The position numbers were made by a program, and so were the translations under genes. Shown here one piece after another: positions 61,410-63,059 of a DNA stretch of 63,059 nucleotides; within the stretch, counting starts at the first letter, position 1, and the number at the start of each line of letters is the position of its first letter. Origin of the DNA: a virus (lineage: Duplodnaviria; Caudoviricetes); IMG/VR virus record IMGVR_UViG_3300025879_000020, positions 1-63,059 of that record; one strand, written 5' to 3'. The notes beneath the pieces were generated by a model, which made no database searches, had not been told where the DNA came from, and was given only the letters and a program-made list of their open reading frames with translations.

Positions 61410-63011
61410 TTAGAAAACTCCAGTATTTAGGGTAGTTTCCCAGACGTTACCGTCGCCATCAACTTCGTACTCTTTCTCGGTTCCATCGTTGATTATACCG
61501 AAGGGGACTAGATCATTCTCGATAGCGGATATTTGCTCCCTGTACATTAATTCTTTTAAGTCGATGTCCGTCATCTCGGAGAAGAACGGAGTCGTTGCGA
61601 ACCAAGAAAACATCACTAGGTTCATAACCAAGTCATCGTGATTGTTATCAGAAGCTTCGTAAGACGAGCCCCTTGCTACGAATGTAGATAATTCTACGAT
61701 CGTATCCGAATCGAGCACCTCAATCTTATTCTGTTCTATAAGGTCTTTAAGGTTAGAGCAACCAATACGCTTAATCTTTCGGTTCATCATAACACCGATT
61801 GCGCCAGCTTTAACCATAGATTCGACGTGAGTGTTTTCGTACTCTAGCTCGTAATAGAGACCATTTGCTACGACAGCACCCTGATCGTTCGATTCAATAA
61901 CAACATATGCCTTATTAAAAGTGTTAGCATATTTATATATTATATCGGGAAAGAGTAACGGCGAGATCATATTGTTACGATACACCGCAACCTGTTTAAA
62001 GGGTCTTTCCGTTATGTCAATTATGTTAAATGTAGAATAGTCTTGTCCTCGACCTTTAGCCACGTCTACAGTCATAATGTATTCGTGGTCTTCTACTGGT
62101 TTATGGTATACCGAAACTCCATCTTGTCGGTATAAAGGGTTAGAAGATTTAAGCTGTAACAACTTATCTCCAGCAATCAGAGTATTACCGTTACCCATGA
62201 ATGTGTTACCAAATTCTTGGTCAAACTGTAACTCTGACGTATTAGAAACCGTTTGTCGCTTCCATTCTTCGTCTCGCCCAGGAACGTCCCACCAATCAAC
62301 CCTGAAAGATTTATATTCGTTCGTTCCTTGGACGGCTCCTTCCCACAGCTTATGATAAATGTTACCGATACCATTAGCAGTAGAAGTAATGATTACTCGC
62401 GATGTCTTACCTGATGACACCACTGGATAAGTGGAAGTGTAAAACTCTCCTGCGTTTTCGACGAATGCGAACTCGTCCAAGAATAGGAGGTTGACAGACA
62501 TACCACGGATGGAGGATCCAGAAGTAGCGGCAGCGATAATACGACTATTATTGGAAAACTCAATTGAACCTTTGTTTAACGTTTTACATCCAGGTTGTAA
62601 GAAGAATGGTAAGTTTTCCAGCGCCAAAGTAATCCTAGTAAGCATTTCCCTAGCAGTGGCGCCTTTGTTCGCCAATATAGCGATGGTCTTTTCGGGGTGG
62701 AATATCGCAAACCAAAGCAAATAAACCACTGAAGAAATAGATTTACCCGACTGTCTACAAGCAAGGACGATAGAAAACCTATTATCGTTGAAGTGATCAA
62801 ACATCTCTCTCTGATAAGGGTAAAGGTTAAACGGAACCAATCCTTTATCGAGCGATACGATCTTAATGTAAGTCTCCGCAAAGTATGAAGGGTCTTTCAT
62901 ACACTTTGCGTATTCCCTCACTTCATCTGCTGTCCACTGTTGCTCAACGCCATCTCGCTTTACATTTGGATTGCCGAGGTATCCGAGCTCGTTATTCTTG
63001 ATCTTGTGCAT
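61410..63011 (-). CDS. 17: Terminase large subunit gp17
   Basis: RQSGKS, LDEFAF, TSTANG, DVAKG, HDDLVM. Confidence 0.97.
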   Translation of the reverse strand: MHKIKNNELGYLGNPNVKRDGVEQQWTADEVREYAKCMKDPSYFAETYIKIVSLDKGLVPFNLYPYQREMFDHFNDNRFSIVLACRQSGKSISSVVYLLWFAIFHPEKTIAILANKGATAREMLTRITLALENLPFFLQPGCKTLNKGSIEFSNNSRIIAAATSGSSIRGMSVNLLFLDEFAFVENAGEFYTSTYPVVSSGKTSRVIITSTANGIGNIYHKLWEGAVQGTNEYKSFRVDWWDVPGRDEEWKRQTVSNTSELQFDQEFGNTFMGNGNTLIAGDKLLQLKSSNPLYRQDGVSVYHKPVEDHEYIMTVDVAKGRGQDYSTFNIIDITERPFKQVAVYRNNMISPLLFPDIIYKYANTFNKAYVVIESNDQGAVVANGLYYELEYENTHVESMVKAGAIGVMMNRKIKRIGCSNLKDLIEQNKIEVLDSDTIVELSTFVARGSSYEASDNNHDDLVMNLVMFSWFATTPFFSEMTDIDLKELMYREQISAIENDLVPFGIINDGTEKEYEVDGDGNVWETTLNTGVF

Positions 63012-63059
63012 CTTGCTCGATCACTACCCGTTCTTTCTTAGCGTGCAACATCTTTTGTA
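62992..63059 (-). CDS. 16: Terminase small subunit gp16, C-terminal fragment
   Basis: Manual translation ...QKMLHAKKERVVIEQDAQDQE*, overlapping the gp17 start; synteny. Confidence 0.55.
   Translation of the reverse strand, partial: QKMLHAKKERVVIEQDAQDQE

Noticed and set aside
1383-62724. Many + strand ORFs in the supplied track (e.g. 45095-45694, 28689-29177, 55737-56072)
   Set aside because: They lie antisense to well-supported minus-strand genes and have no recognisable motifs; they are shadow ORFs
1-63059. CRISPR array, tRNA or rRNA genes
   Set aside because: No regularly spaced repeats or cloverleaf patterns were seen by eye; the dispersed repeats are promoter elements. A tRNAscan run would be needed to fully exclude tRNAs
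1-63059. Stop-codon reassignment
   Set aside because: Core genes are full length in the standard code, and TAA, TAG and TGA all serve as stops

Overview
A 63 kb segment of a T4-like myovirus genome (probably aquatic, Gram-negative host because it encodes spanins). Essentially all real genes are on the minus strand. From right to left: packaging and head/tail genes (gp16 fragment, gp17, 18, 19, 20, 67, 68, 21, 22, 23, 3), uvsY/uvsW, gp55, gp47/46, a VWA-peptidase plus MoxR-AAA pair, gp45/44/62, dexA, regA, hsp20, gp43, uvsX, gp41, thyX, spanins, nrdA/B/C, rnh, a denV-like gene, phoH and clpP. Main findings: (1) a four-gene DNA hypermodification unit with its own promoter (TET/JBP dioxygenase, GT-A glycosyltransferase, sugar nucleotidyltransferase-kinase fusion, HAD phosphatase). 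Its two DNA-acting enzymes end in the same sliding-clamp-type motif as the DNA polymerase, and no cytosine methyltransferase is nearby. (2) A late-promoter cluster of proteins with T4 internal-protein-like capsid-targeting N-termini, some built like protease-cleavable polyproteins (nucleotidyltransferase, RNA-ligase-like and nuclease-like modules). (3) A non-coding layer: about 18 T4-type early promoters, paired inverted IHF-consensus sites, LysR-type boxes, an antisense promoter and a ROSE-like thermometer on hsp20. All calls come from motif recognition by eye; no database searches were run.
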